Positions 48,124 through 61,605 of a stretch of 64,000 bases of DNA are shown piece after piece; the stretch's first letter is position 1, and each line of letters opens with the position of its first letter. The position numbers and the translations under genes were made by a program. Below the pieces are notes generated by a model that was not told where the DNA came from, did not search any database, and saw only the letters and a list, made by a program, of their open reading frames with translations. The DNA lies in contig RDEW01000023.1 in NCBI GenBank assembly GCA_011109175.1, forward strand, positions 283,225-347,224, read 5' to 3'. This DNA is from Dicyema japonicum (lineage: Eukaryota > Animalia > Dicyemida).

Positions 48124-49050
48124 CAGTGTTTCTCAACCTGGATTCTGCGAAGTTCCAAAAAAAATTTTTTAATTCTTTTTTCAAAAGAATAATTTTTCTA
48201 AACGAATTAATTTAATTTGCGCGTGTCTAAATGGAGTCGTGTGACAGTACATATCTTAAAGTTCGATCGTGTCGAGAAAGTTATATTGCCTTTGGTGTCA
48301 CATGGACTGGGGACATGGATTGCCCTCTACCACTTTTTTGTTTTTGCGGTGAAAAACTTGCGAATAGTGTTATGGTTTCAACGAAACTTAGACATCATTT
48401 CTCCACCAAGCACCGTAAACTTTCAAAGAAAAAAAATAATATTTTATGCGGAAACTGGACCAGAATAAAGTTCAATCATCCCGTTTTACAAAAAAATCAA
48501 AATAAACAAAAAAGCACTGTATGCTAGTTATGCTGTTGTTGAGATTCCCGCTAAAAATATGAAATCGCATACTTCGTCGAAACTGTCATTTTGCTTGCCT
48601 CCATGTAAAGAAATAGTGAAGATAATGTTCGGAGAAATTTCTGCCGCTAAGATCGACTTAATTCCTATTTCTAATAGTTATGTGAGCAGACGCATCAAGA
48701 ATATGTCTGATGACATTGAAACCATTTTGGTTCGGCGAATAAAAAAATCTGTGTTTTTTGCGCTTCAAGTGGATGAAAGTTCAGATATTAGGGAAGAATG
48801 CAACTCCTTGTTTTCGTTCGATTTATGAACGATGAATCTATTGTTGAAGATCTACTTTGTTGAAAAGAGATGTTCGGGACAACAAAAAGATATGACATTT
48901 TCAATCTTATAAATTCATATTTTGAGGATATAAAGTTGGGTTGAAATGCATGGGTATCTGCACTGATTGTGCTCCAGCAATGACTTGGCAATTTAAAAGC
49001 TTTGTTTCTATTGTGAAAAAATAGAATCTTGGAACTTTGCACCAAATAGC
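48124..49050 (+). mobile_element. hAT/Buster element left end and transposase remnant
   Basis: TIR cagtgtttctcaacc; PLPLFCFCGEKLANS..KLRHHFSTKH, IPISNSYVSRRI, FALQVDESSD. Confidence 0.85.
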
Positions 49051-50490
49051 AGTGGAGGTCTCGATGGCTTAATGCCCGGCCATCTTAAAGACCTTATTTC
49101 ACCGACTATTGAAGACAAGCCGGGTGGCTTAGTGGTTAGGTGTCGGGCTTAAGTGGCTTAGGCTACGGGTTCGAATCTTGCTGCTGTTCACCTGGTGGAA
49201 GGTTCCACGCATCTACGATGCAGAAATGGTTTGACGAGTGACGCCGTCATCAGTCAATACTCACTGCGGAACTGGATTTGTCTAGAAAGGACACTCACAC
49301 AAGAAAAAGAAAAAAAAGAAGTGAAGATCATTCCTTGGTTCTACGATTAGTTAAAATTAACTGTTCTTTACTTAAACAAAGTGTGTGTCCTGCTTATGCG
49401 GAGCTATAAAATACTATGGCTCTCGTGAAAAGGCTTTTTTATTGAAGACAAAGTATGTCGTCTCTCCTTCTCACTCATTTCTTTTATGAACAGGATATTA
49501 TCTGGACATTTGCATGATTTAATACGTAATATTTTGTTTTCGGCTAGTCTGATAGCAGTCGACAAGAATGGAGGTAGAATCCGCCCGATCGCGGTCGACC
49601 CCTGAAAACGAATTGATTTTTCTTGTATCCCCATCACTAGGAATGCTATGAAGCATATCTTCCTTGACAAAAAATAACTCCTATGCGAATCGCTTGACAG
49701 ATTACTGCTACTTGACTCACACTCAGGACTATTTCTCATGCAAAAAAGTCTTAACATTAAAAGAATCGCCTATTTACTCAAGACAGCCCCGTACTACTCC
49801 CAATTGGAGCAGCTCGAGCATTTTGATTTGTCTTTCCTCAGTTCGACGGAGCAAATATTTAATGTCAAATTCCACAATGCTACATGGAAGCAAGCTACAC
49901 AAGATCGACTGTTTTGGCCTACACCCTCTATCCTGCAGGAAGAGTGCAGGCAGATTTCCCAGACACATGGCTTTGAACGAAGCCGTTAGGCGAGCTTTGG
50001 ACGTCGCCGGACACCCCTCCATGCTCGAACCTGTCGGCCTTTGCAGGAGGGACGGGAAACGACCAGATGGGATGACAATCTTCCCTTTTGAAGCCGGGAA
50101 ACCTCTTGTCTGGTACGTTACCTGCACTGACACATTTGCCTCTTGCAACCTACTCCAGAGTGCCTCTGGAGCCTGTTCTGCAATCTTCCCTTTTGAAGCC
50201 GGGAAACCTCTTGTCTGGTACGTTACCTGCACTGACACATTTGCCTCTTGCAACCTACTCCAGAGTACCTCTGGAGCCTGTTCTGCGGCTGAGAAGGACG
50301 AGAAGATAAAACGGAAAAAGTACGCGGTCCTAGCCAAGGATTTTTTTGTTTGTTCCACTCGCCGTTGAGACGTCTGGTTCCCTTGCGCCTGCGACGCTGG
50401 AATTCTTGAATCGTCTAGGGAATCGGTGTGATATTTGATACTTCTTTATCGCTCGCTATCCTGAAAGGGAATATCCACGCAGTCAGGGCA
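49050..50490 (+). mobile_element. CRE-like element (RT start, deletion, endonuclease) containing a SINE and a 105-bp tandem duplication
   Basis: SSGGLDGLMPGHLKDL, IRPIAV, DGKRPDG; duplication 50076-50285. Confidence 0.85.
49119..49439 (+). mobile_element. tRNA-derived SINE with RTE-type 3' tail, 12-bp TSD
   Basis: TSD tattgaagacaa at 49107-49118 and 49440-49451; A and B boxes; tail resembles the RTE 3' UTR at 52400-52440. Confidence 0.88.
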
Positions 50491-50519
50491 ACCTCTATAT
50501 AGCCGTTCACTCTATATTC

Positions 50520-51700
50520 TTTTTTCAATAAAATAGTATGCGAAAAGAAACTGAACGTATTGAAAAGTTTATCGGGAATATGGAAGAGTGGTACTCACCA
50601 GGTCCTGATGAACGTGTACAAACAGTACATCGAGCCATGTTTCTCATATGCATGCTCCTCATGGGGACCGTCCACATCTTGGACAAATATGAGGATAATT
50701 GAGGAAATAAAAAATGAGGGCTTACATAGTAACTTCCTCAAGGTTTGGTAACTTCCTCTCAGTCCTTATTAAATCTTCATCTAGTAAGCTTACCAACAAA
50801 CCAGAACACTTCCTATGCACACGATATCATAATTGCCTCATGCTACCGCGATGTAGCCGTCGCCATATTGACAAATTCCTTCTGGATGCACCTAAATCTG
50901 TTCATCTCTTCTAACAAAAAGTCATCAATAATGACTTTCACTAAAGACCGTAATCAATTCAACTTGGAACAAAATTATTTCTAAACAAAACTGTCCTACC
51001 TGTTGTTAAAAACCCCAAAATACTTGGTGTGATATTTGATACTTTTTTATCATTTTCAAAACATGTTTGGCCAGAGTAAAGAGAGCTTGACTCTAGACAA
51101 TTTATCAGCAACAATGAACTATGCTGTAACGCCTGGGGTCTTTGTTTATCAATCAAAAAGTAGAAAAATACAAATAATTCAAAACTCTGCTCTAATAATA
51201 ATTACTGACTGCCTAAAAACTGCAGCAACTGACCACCTACATTAGGAATCAAAAATTATCCCGATTATATACCAATTCACGATTCTCAGTTTACAATTCC
51301 ATGACAAGTGTAAAACGCTGTGACATCTAGCCCACTGCCATTGTTTCTCCACAGAAAAAAGAAGAATTATCCATACCCTCGGTGATAAAATTCTGATTCT
51401 ATGAACCATCTCAAAGACTGAGAACTCTCAATCACATCTGAAAACAATCCACGTGTGGATATCCACTAAAACCATAGAAGCCTTGTTATCAACAAGCTTC
51501 TAGGACGTACTCCAAAAATTATTGATGGAAACGATCGTGTCCACTTGCAGCGCCTACGTAGAGTTTCGAGTTAGTCATTTCGTCCATACTCACTTGATGA
51601 AAGAAGACAGAGGATTTCATCCATCATGAAGATAAATAGAGGTACACCTCCTCAACCTTTTGACCAAATAAGCACCTGTAACCTTTATCATCTTATTCAT
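50520..51700 (+). mobile_element. Decayed Vingi-like post-RT fragments
   Basis: LKSLSG..VYKQYIEPCFSYA; PKILGV..QNSALIIITDC. Confidence 0.6.
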
Positions 51701-51779
51701 GTTAAATTAAAACTTAACACCGCTAGATTCAACTCATTCAAAATAAACAGAAATTCATTTTAAAGTATTAAATTATCAT

Positions 51780-52450
51780 ATATGCCCTTCTCGACCGAAG
51801 GAACGAATAATCATCAAAGACAAAAATAGCAAGACAATACTGAATACTGAGACCAAGCGAAGGCAATTGCAACAAATTTTGAGAAACTTTTCAATGTGAC
51901 TACAGCAATCCCTTTATTCAAAGGAAAGCCAAGACCCCTGAAAGAACCAATTACAAATTTGGAAGTAAAAACAGCATGTCAAAAACTAAAAAATAACAGA
52001 AGCCCCGGACCAGATGCGATAAACCCAGAATTACTGAAATACGGCCCTGATTCCCTTTTTAAAAAAATCGTTACACTACTAAATTAAGTGTTTTTAACTA
52101 ACTCAACTTTACCCCTTGGAACGGGGTTACTGATACCTATTCAAAAACCCAAAGGACCGGTTGTAAACTTACGACCGATTATATTATCAAATTCTATACG
52201 GAAAGTCTTAGCCAACATTGTATTGGAACGAATAAAAGGACCTGCCTATGAATACCTACCCGAAAGTCAAAGTGGATTCATGAAAGAAGATTAACAGCTG
52301 AACACAAGAAAACATTGGCATCTGGTGACAACCTGGACACACTGAAGATTTGGCTATGAACATAAAAGCCTGGAGCAAGGTAACTCTCTTATATTTTTTG
52401 CTGCACATGCTATAAATATTATGACTCTCGTGAAAGTGCTAATAATAATA
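51780..52450 (+). mobile_element. RTE-like element with internal deletion and intact 3' tail
   Basis: NNRSPGPDAINPELLKYG, LRPIIL, QSGF, then DNLDTL.. and gcacatgctataaatattatg..(taa)n. Confidence 0.75.
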
Positions 52451-52551
52451 TGCCCATTTGATATGACAGGAATTCCCACTTATTGGTGGTGAATTAGTAA
52501 AAAATCTCAATTTAACCAAAATAATAACCCAATAATAAAATATATGTAAAA

Positions 52552-53997
52552 TTAGGCATCTTTATCATAAACCACTAGAACAGATCTATCCGAAAGGCCC
52601 AACTCCCCAATCTGAACATACCCCTCAGAATCAGAAGGTTCACAGGCAATCCTCCTATACGGTCTCACAGAAGAAATTGTCATTCTGTAAGGGGCATCCT
52701 CATGCAAGTAAGCAAACCGGTAAATATCCTACAGTTAAAAAACAGATTACGCTGCAACAATCAGTGACCAAAAATCGCCTATCCGCAGTACGTCCAGTGT
52801 GGTACCGAATGCGTAACAACAGAACCCCGGATCCCCTTTCCTCAGTCTCCATTCCCAACTCTTCTTTGAATTGGTCTTTTGTCCTCTTCCATATCTAAAA
52901 CTCAAAGTCTCCTTCAACCTCAGGGTCCACAGTCACGGCCTCCTCCTCATCGTCCTTGATGAATTCCATCAGCTCCTGCAATCAACCAAACACCTACATC
53001 CTGTATTAAGGCTTCATCATACTCTTCCTGTTGTTGTCTCCTGATCTTCCGGTCCTCAACCCTGGATAAAAAAACAGCTTACATCATCGCCCGATTGGTC
53101 TTCATCGCCTTTATCAAGTCCAAAATGTCCTCTAGGTTCTGTTTCATAGTGAAAGGAGTCCTCAGATCCGATAGCTGGTACACGTGACAGTCGGTTTCCT
53201 CTATGTTAAGGATGGCGACTGTGGGGAAGTTCAAAGACCGAATTTTTGACACCACTAGAGTTAAATTAAAGAATACGGGTCAACGGGATCAAAGCACGGT
53301 TTCTTACTGGCCAAAACACCAAGGTGTTAAGCTTTTCTACCATCCTATTGTTCAAGAGGAATTGGCTTCAGTAAGAAAAGAACCAACTTGTGGAACTGAG
53401 AACATCTGAACGAGATTTCGTAGAAGTACATTATACATGATCTGTTGTAGTTAAGACAGAAGTCACGCGCCTGGAATTAATATGTTCAATGACCTCTTGA
53501 AAAGTTTCGGCCACTAAATCGAGCTGGTTGAAGTTTGGCTCCTCGAGCAAGTCTCTGATAGCCTCGGGGCGCAAAAAGGACCCTAAAATGCGGAATCAAA
53601 GAAACTCAGCCATTCGAAGATCCCAGAAAAAAGACTTAGAAGATACTGAATTACCCAGTTATTGGTCAGTAAGGCCAACCAGCTGGAATTAGGGTGCATA
53701 ACCCCGCTATCATGTTCGCTGTCCTCTGATTCCTCACCGGACGAGTTCGTCACATCATCCTGGAAGGATTCGTCAGCAGAAATTATCTGAAAACTGGGAT
53801 CCCCTCCGACAAATCGGCGAGCCTCCTTAAAATCAAAAAAAATGTTACTTGAATGTCCCAATTTGTTACTTCCAGGACATTTATGCAGAGATCAGCATCA
53901 AAGATCTGAGAGTCCCTCTTAGAAATGTTTAGATTAGTTTTACCATAAAATTCTTAACTGTTTCTTGCTTTTGAGGGGACAAACTATCAATACCCAT
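52552..53997 (-). CDS. FAF2: FAF2/UBXD8-like protein (UBA-UAS-UBX), 403 aa, 10 introns
   Basis: Removing introns of 26, 23, 23, 29 (GC-AG), 22, 22, 21, 22, 24 and 22 nt leaves a 1212-nt open frame: LEVTNWDIQ, FLRP, LVFW, RRQQQEEYDEAL, RRF, RPYRR, ELGLSDRSVLVV. Confidence 0.88.
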
Positions 53998-54071
53998 GTA
54001 AACGATTTATTAAACAACTTATTATATAATTAATTTATTAACTTTTCATCATTAAAAAAAATTAAATTTAA

Positions 54072-54456
54072 ATGAATTCAAAACCCAGAGACTGTATATT
54101 TTCAATTATTTTTTAGTTGTGCAAAATGTGATAAATGCTTATTATGTGGGCACGAATACAGCCATGTCAGGTCTATACCGAGTTAAAAATCACACAATGA
54201 ATTCCATATCTAAAATCGCGTCGACCACAGTAAAACCATCTGGTCTATTTAGGATTTAATGACCTGTAAAGTCAGGAACATTGGGAGTACTTCAGTGGGG
54301 ACCGAATTTGCCAACAATGTGTTGATTGAATGTGAAAGGTTCGCTAGCGTCATCGATACATTGAACGATTCCTCTATCGAAGTGATCAGATCTTACTGTG
54401 AGAAGCAGAAGCTGAAGACAACCTCTTCTGGATCAAAGGAGGCAGTCCCTGATTAA
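54072..54456 (+). CDS. Uncharacterised 112-aa protein, two 23-nt introns, head-to-head with FAF2
   Basis: Exons 54072-54093, 54117-54229, 54253-54456 join into a 339-nt ATG-to-TAA frame with GT-AG introns of the typical size. Confidence 0.7.
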
Positions 54457-54639
54457 AGTATTCGCAAACTGTTTCATTTTGTGGTGTATTTGTGTCAGAA
54501 TTATGAAATATTTGCATAATATTTACTTCTTGCTATTAACCGATTGTAAATGTAGTTCTGCTTTAAACCTTCTGTTAATTTAAGTAAAAAAACTGATAAC
54601 TCTACTATGACCATAAAATCATGCGTTTTTAAAGTGATT

Positions 54640-55150
54640 CGTATTCAGTCACATCTGGAATATTTTCCAAGTTAAGTTTTTCCTAGCGACGAGTCAAACG
54701 CTTCCGCGTAGTGCTATGTGGTATTATGAGGCTAAGCGATTGAAGATTTTTTTCCTTCCTATAGTGACGTCATCAGAACACTTAACTTAAGATATGCCCA
54801 ATGCCTAGCTGACATTCAAAGGATTCACATCTTCATTCAACTGGAAGATTATTTATTGCTCTTGCGACGAGTTCTAGTTTCGACAAAACCTGCCTGGACA
54901 ATGAATCAATGTGCTTCTTCGGGCCATATTTTAAAAGTTCTTCTGGGACATTGTCTAGTCCTGCAGATCTTCCGGTGTTCAGTTTTTTGATTGCATGAAG
55001 AGTTTCCGAAATGCTTATTGGGTGCAATAGTGTGGATTTGTCTGTTTTCAATGGTTTAATTGTGTAGTTAATTTCGCTGCGCGAGTTGAATAGATGATCT
55101 AAATGCGAAGCTATTGAGAAGCAGCATATAAGCTATTATATGTTGCGTCC
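54640..55150 (-). mobile_element. RTE-like fragment with internal deletion
   Basis: GRSAGLDNVPEELLKYGP joined directly to C-terminal HIDSLSR. Confidence 0.65.
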
Positions 55151-55599
55151 CTCCTGGGTTACCCATCCAGTGCTGGTTACATTTCACCTATCAATCGACA
55201 TATCACCTGTCATTCAATCACTATTAATTGGTTTCTGATCAAAAATCAAAGAATTTATTTTTTTTTAAGTCTATATTTTTTTGACTCGACTGATGTTGAC
55301 TATTTTCAATTCTCATGATTGTGTCTTAATTTGTGATAAAAATTGAATAAACCTCTATTCGGTTGTTTGACAAAATTTGAATAATTTTACTAGCTACTCA
55401 TATGGAGATTCAAATCTCCTCAACTTTAACGATGGATTAGTCCCATAATCCTTTAAAACTCATATCTAAATTTATTCACTAAAAATAACTTATTTCCAAT
55501 TGAAAAATCATATTTTGAATGAACGTTCATTCTTTTGTTCATCCGTTTAAATAGGATGAATTAAAATTTGCTGGAGAAAAATTAAGATCAAAGTGATCT

Positions 55600-56800
55600 G
55601 AATCTAAGTTTTTTAGCTGACTTTATACAATAAATACTTAAAACATCTGAAATATGTTCCACGTCAATATCCTCTGATGATCGTAAAAAAGCATCATCAG
55701 AACTCTCATTTTCTAAGAAATTAAAAATAATAAACTTTTATACTCACGAATGACTGTGTTTATTCCTGACACTACTCTCAGTTTTATAATTGGAGTTTCA
55801 TTTGTGGAGGAATGAATCGTAGTGTTATATACTAGTTAATCTACGATAAGTGCTTCGTTTAATAAATTTTTTCCAGTTTTTAGTTGATTCGTAATTTATT
55901 AAATTTGCAAAATTTCTTGTCAAAGTTTGGTTAAATCTATGATCCCCTGAAACAAATAAAAGATTATTTCAATAGTTGTGATTGAGGATGATTTGGTCTT
56001 CAATAAATATACATGTTTTTATTTTTCACACAGAAAGAGTCTAGATATTTGTTTTTAAACTGTTCCATTATCTGTTTGCAGAATCTTACAAAAGCCGATT
56101 TCAAAACAAGTTTCTTCGAATGCTTCACAAATTTCTAAATTCCAATAAATAAAAAATATACCTATTACAGATTTACTTTAGAGTCATTTACAAATAGCAT
56201 ATTTGCTGTAAACATCAATGGCAGTAAAAATCCATTTATAGTTATCATTTGAATCATTAAATTGTTTAACATCTATGAGGTCTGCTTGGAATCGTTCATT
56301 AGGTCTATTGGCAGCCACATGGTATTTAGAATCGGAAATCTATTATATGAATTAATTTTCTACTTTAAATGAAGTAGATAACTTGCAAATTGTGCACTCT
56401 TTGAAAATTCTTTCAATATTTTTCCGTTTATTGAAAAATAAAGGTGTAAACATTCTTGCTGCAGTTTACGAATCCCAGAATGACTATTTCTATGGATAGA
56501 CTCCGCAATAGTTCGCATTTCAGACTCGTCATCCATGCAAACAACTAGTCTGTGTTTTTCAAATTTTTCGTCTTTGAGTCGACCATCAATGACTATAAAT
56601 TTCTCGGATTTTTTCATTAATTTGTATTTCCCTTGTCTTGAAGATTTCTGTACAGTATCACCATTTAGAAAATGTTTATCTCTTTATATGATAATAATAG
56701 GCTTTGTCAAAAATATTATGGAATATTAATCCATAGTGAGCAATTTTAAAAGACGCCTTAATTTATTTCGTAAAGCGTCTTTTAAAATTGATATTGAAAA
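55600..56800 (-). mobile_element. Ginger-like integrase remnant with miniature introns
   Basis: HRNSH..C, ERFQADLID, IDVYSKY, ILQTDNG, RPNHPQSQ; putative 27-nt introns near 56135-56161 and 56338-56364. Confidence 0.75.
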
Positions 56801-57299
56801 TTATCTTTCACATAACTTTTGTAAGAAGACACTAAAAATAATGTAACATGCTGGAAATCACTTTAGAAATTTAAAGTTGCCACCATAAATTATAAGATTG
56901 ATAATCAAAGACTTGATATATGTCATTTTGACGCCATTGACAGAAATCCACAATCAAAAGCCTTCTGGATATCATTCGAGCAGACATTTGATTTTTTCTT
57001 GTTTGGGATTTTTACATAAGCTATTTGATATATATATCTTTAGAGACTTTAAACACGATGTAGTCGATAGTCCTTTCTTAAAATTATACTGAAATATTAA
57101 TGAAGGGCGCATGTGTTTCAGAATCAATTTTTCAAGATTTCTCGATTGGACACAAAGGATCCTTCGGTTTCGCCGATTTTAAAATCGGATGCATTTTTGG
57201 AATATTTTTATATGTCTAACTGAGTGGTTAAATATATTGGTAAGTGCATAGATAGCCATTGAAACTAGTTAATTTTTATTTATTATTTTCGTTATTTAG

Positions 57300-58430
57300 G
57301 ACTTCCATTTTAGTGCTTTTATAACATCTAATCATCTTTCAATAAAAATTTCTCTTTTTGAGAATATTTCTTTCCTTGATTAGTTTGAATGTGTTACAGT
57401 CATATTTCATTCCCCGCAATTTAATTATAATTTTCCCGACAAATAAGTTTCTTCCTTTGTTTATCAATTTATTGAAATGATTCACTGCTTTGTCTAGAAA
57501 AATTAACAGCCCTGGATGAAAATATTTTTATTTATTGTCCACGTATTCTTTGAATCCTAACCAATTAGCATTTTTGTAGTCATGGAATTGAATAGGTTTT
57601 GATTTCTTAATTTGAGTACACCTCTTATTCATTATCACGTCGTAATCATATGTTACCGACTATTAAATCTGATTAGCTAAACATGAAGAACAGGTAGCTA
57701 TGTCAGGCGATGTGACAGAATATTTTTCATCGTATAAAGTTCTGGTATTTTGCTTTGGATCATTAATTATGGTTATTTTTTTCCATTTGAGAAAAGATTT
57801 CCTCTAATGTCTAAATGCTGATTCCAAAACCATGATGGTATTTCGCATTGAAATCTTCGGAAACAAGCACATTCCCCATATCATCAAGGTCTGAACGATC
57901 AAATAAGAATCATTTGGTATAAGAACCAGGGGGATAGGCATAAACGTTTCAAATTGTTATGACTCTTTCAGAAGTCTGTACTAAAATTCCAATCACTTCC
58001 GTGTTTGAGTCTTCAGACAGCTTCCTGAACATTTGTAGTTCATAGCCCCCCCCCACCTCCGCTAGAAGGTCGATCCATTCTCAAAGCAATGTATCCACGG
58101 AATTTTGGTGTAGAAGAACTTTTTAGGATATCTGTTACTTGTAAGAGGCAGATGACGATTTTCTTCCTCTCCAAGAATTGACATAATTCCATTGATTTGC
58201 CTCTGACTCCATTTATGTTTAGACTTATTATCATAAGGTTTTTATTTGGACATGGATATAATTAAAAATCACCGGAAATAAGAAATTTCAACCTGGAAAA
58301 GGTTCCAATGCGGAAAGAGAGCCATTCAGGGGAAAGTCCACTGGATGGTCGTAGAGAAATGGCTTCTTTTCGATACAATTTAAGGTTGTATCTTACGTCA
58401 CTAATAATGGTGAACCACATGACGCATGTT
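57300..58430 (-). mobile_element. Decayed Vingi-like LINE 5' portion (fold, dead 2A, APE)
   Basis: LISGDF*LYPCP (decayed GDVELNPGP), SLNINGVRG, EDFNAKY, TSPDI. Confidence 0.75.
58359..58426 (-). ncRNA. HDV/Pr77-like fold (copy D, partly mutated)
   Basis: P1 tgcgtc/gacgta, P3 acc/agt (one mismatch), P4 gatacaa/ttgtatc, imperfect P2. Confidence 0.45.
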
Positions 58431-58439
58431 ATACCCATA

Positions 58440-59200
58440 ATTAATGTCTACGCGCTCACAATGGCAAGGGTTTCTTTCTACAAATCCAGATGAACTTGAT
58501 CTGTTTTATATGTCACTAACGGATACCATCTCTGATCTCAAAAGTTCGTTTATGACTTTTTTGTGTGGAGATTGGAATGCTAAAGTGGGACACTGTCTAT
58601 GGAGAGAACCCTGTATGGGTAGGCATGCCAGGGGGTGGAGGAATATGTCAGGAGAATCGCTCGTGCAATTTTGTAACATGTTTGACTACTACATTTGTAA
58701 TTCTGCATTCGACCACAATAAGACTACGTGGACTGGACTTAGAAAAACTGGAAATGATGAATATGTCCGGATATACAACAAGATTGATTATGTTATATGT
58801 AAAAGATCTCTTCGTGCTTTACTAACAGACTCCCGCAGCTATGGATGCACAATCACTTATAGTGATCATAACTGCTGGTTGCACGTTTCAGAATAAAAAG
58901 ATATTTCGGAATAGATGGAGCTAGAAAGAAGAGAGCTTATCTGGATTTTTTTATTGTGGAAAAATTATGCTTATGTGAGAAGACGTGTGAAGATTATTGT
59001 ATGGCAATTAAGGAGATTGTGAACAAAAATATGGAAAATTCTCCAGATATGATTTGGAATGCTAATGTAGATGGAATAAGGAAGGCAAGTTTTGACGTGC
59101 TTGGGGAAAAGAGGCGGCAGAATTTAAAGGGGTCTTCGATCACGAAATTGGATTATTATCAATTAAACAAAAAATTCAGCTTCATTATCATTGAATGGTA
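58440..59200 (+). mobile_element. RTE-like APE fragment
   Basis: INVYA, CGDWNAKVG, IDYVIC, YSDH. Confidence 0.75.
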
Positions 59201-60020
59201 GTCACTGGAGATCATAACGGACCGTCCAATTAATGATCGGGGAAAGACGAGGCGAGTAGATTGATAATTCCGGAGATGTGACCATGTCATTCGTGTTGTA
59301 TGGTGTCTTAGTGTTCTTTATCGGATTGTAGATGATTATTAAGTTTTGCATTTGGGATGATAGCAGGTTTCCTCTGTTATCAGCTGCCTGGTAGCGGGAC
59401 CAAGAAGGATGCTTCGTATTCAGGTCTCCACAAAAAAGCAAGTTCTCCAGTTTGTCCAAGGTCGAAAGGTCAAAGCAGAAATTTTTCTTGCAGGAGCCCG
59501 GAAAATAAACATTCGCAATTTCAGTTTTCCAATGTAAGTTATAACAGAAATTTTAATTAGCTCCATGTTCGAGTCTTTCATTAGGCTCTTGTAAAGAGAA
59601 GGGTTCTCAAGGTATTTTATTCCATTTCTATCAAGAGTAGTAGACCCCCTCCTTGACAAGATGGACGGTCGGATCTTATTGTGTCGTATCCATTAAAGAA
59701 AGGAGTAGGAATGTTATTTTAAAGATTCATTTCCTGGAAAAGACAGACATCTACTCTGTTCCTCTCCAATAATAAGGAAAGTTCGACAATCTTTCCTCTG
59801 ATCCCGTTTATGTTTACGCTTTGGATTGTTAATTTCTTTGGCCCTGGATTTTGTTCCACGTCTCCTGAGGTCAACATTCTCAATCGATAGAATGTTCCAA
59901 CATTGAGAGAATGCCGTCCAGTGGGAAGTCTTCTGGTTAGTAGGGAACAAATGGTTTTTTTTAGATATAGTCTATGAGTCTATCCGACGCCACCACAAAC
60001 GGTGAACCACATGACGCACG
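59200..60020 (-). mobile_element. Vingi-like LINE 5' portion, sister of 38850-39860
   Basis: LRMLTSGDVEQNPGP (59839-59865 encodes GDVEQNPGP), CGDLNTKH, SPEL. Confidence 0.85.
59951..60017 (-). ncRNA. HDV/Pr77-like fold (copy E)
   Basis: gcgtc atgt ggttc acc gtttgt ggt ggcgt ... (c)taaaaa aaaccat; P2 and P4 are partly mutated. Confidence 0.45.
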
Positions 60021-60123
60021 CTAAATAATAATTATAATATCGGGATCACGTGAAGTTAGTTTCGATTTTTGACCGTGGTCTTTGGGTGTTTAAATAAATA
60101 ATATAAATAAATTTAAATTAATA

Positions 60124-61114
<991 letters not shown>

Positions 61115-61605
61115 CTTTCACTTTATGTTGCTAGCTGAATTTGGAAGACTGTTTGATATTTTAATTCTCATTCGTGTTATAGTGAATGACATCAATCCAA
61201 TGTTGAGCCAAAGAGAAGAATTATTGATTCCCTTATATTTTACGGATGATGATCTCATCTATCCATTGGACTTCAGATCAGCTTTGTCATTTAACGAGAT
61301 TTAAATGAGAATGTCATAATTCCTATGAAAAAAACACAATTTTGTAGAAATACTTACTTTTTATGTGTTGGGGACAGGTTCACTAAAATAACATATAATT
61401 ATTCATTTTTTAAGTGATCAACAATTCCGTAACCATGTAGCTTCCTTTTCTGGATAGCTGTGATCCGTCAGCATTTTTCTAGTAGATCAACAACACTCAT
61501 GAGTAAGAAATATATGACTCAATCCACTTTATATTTAGGAAAAAGCGCATTTAGGAAAGAGCGATTGCAGATCTTTAATAATTCAAAAAGGTTTTTCACT
61601 AGATC

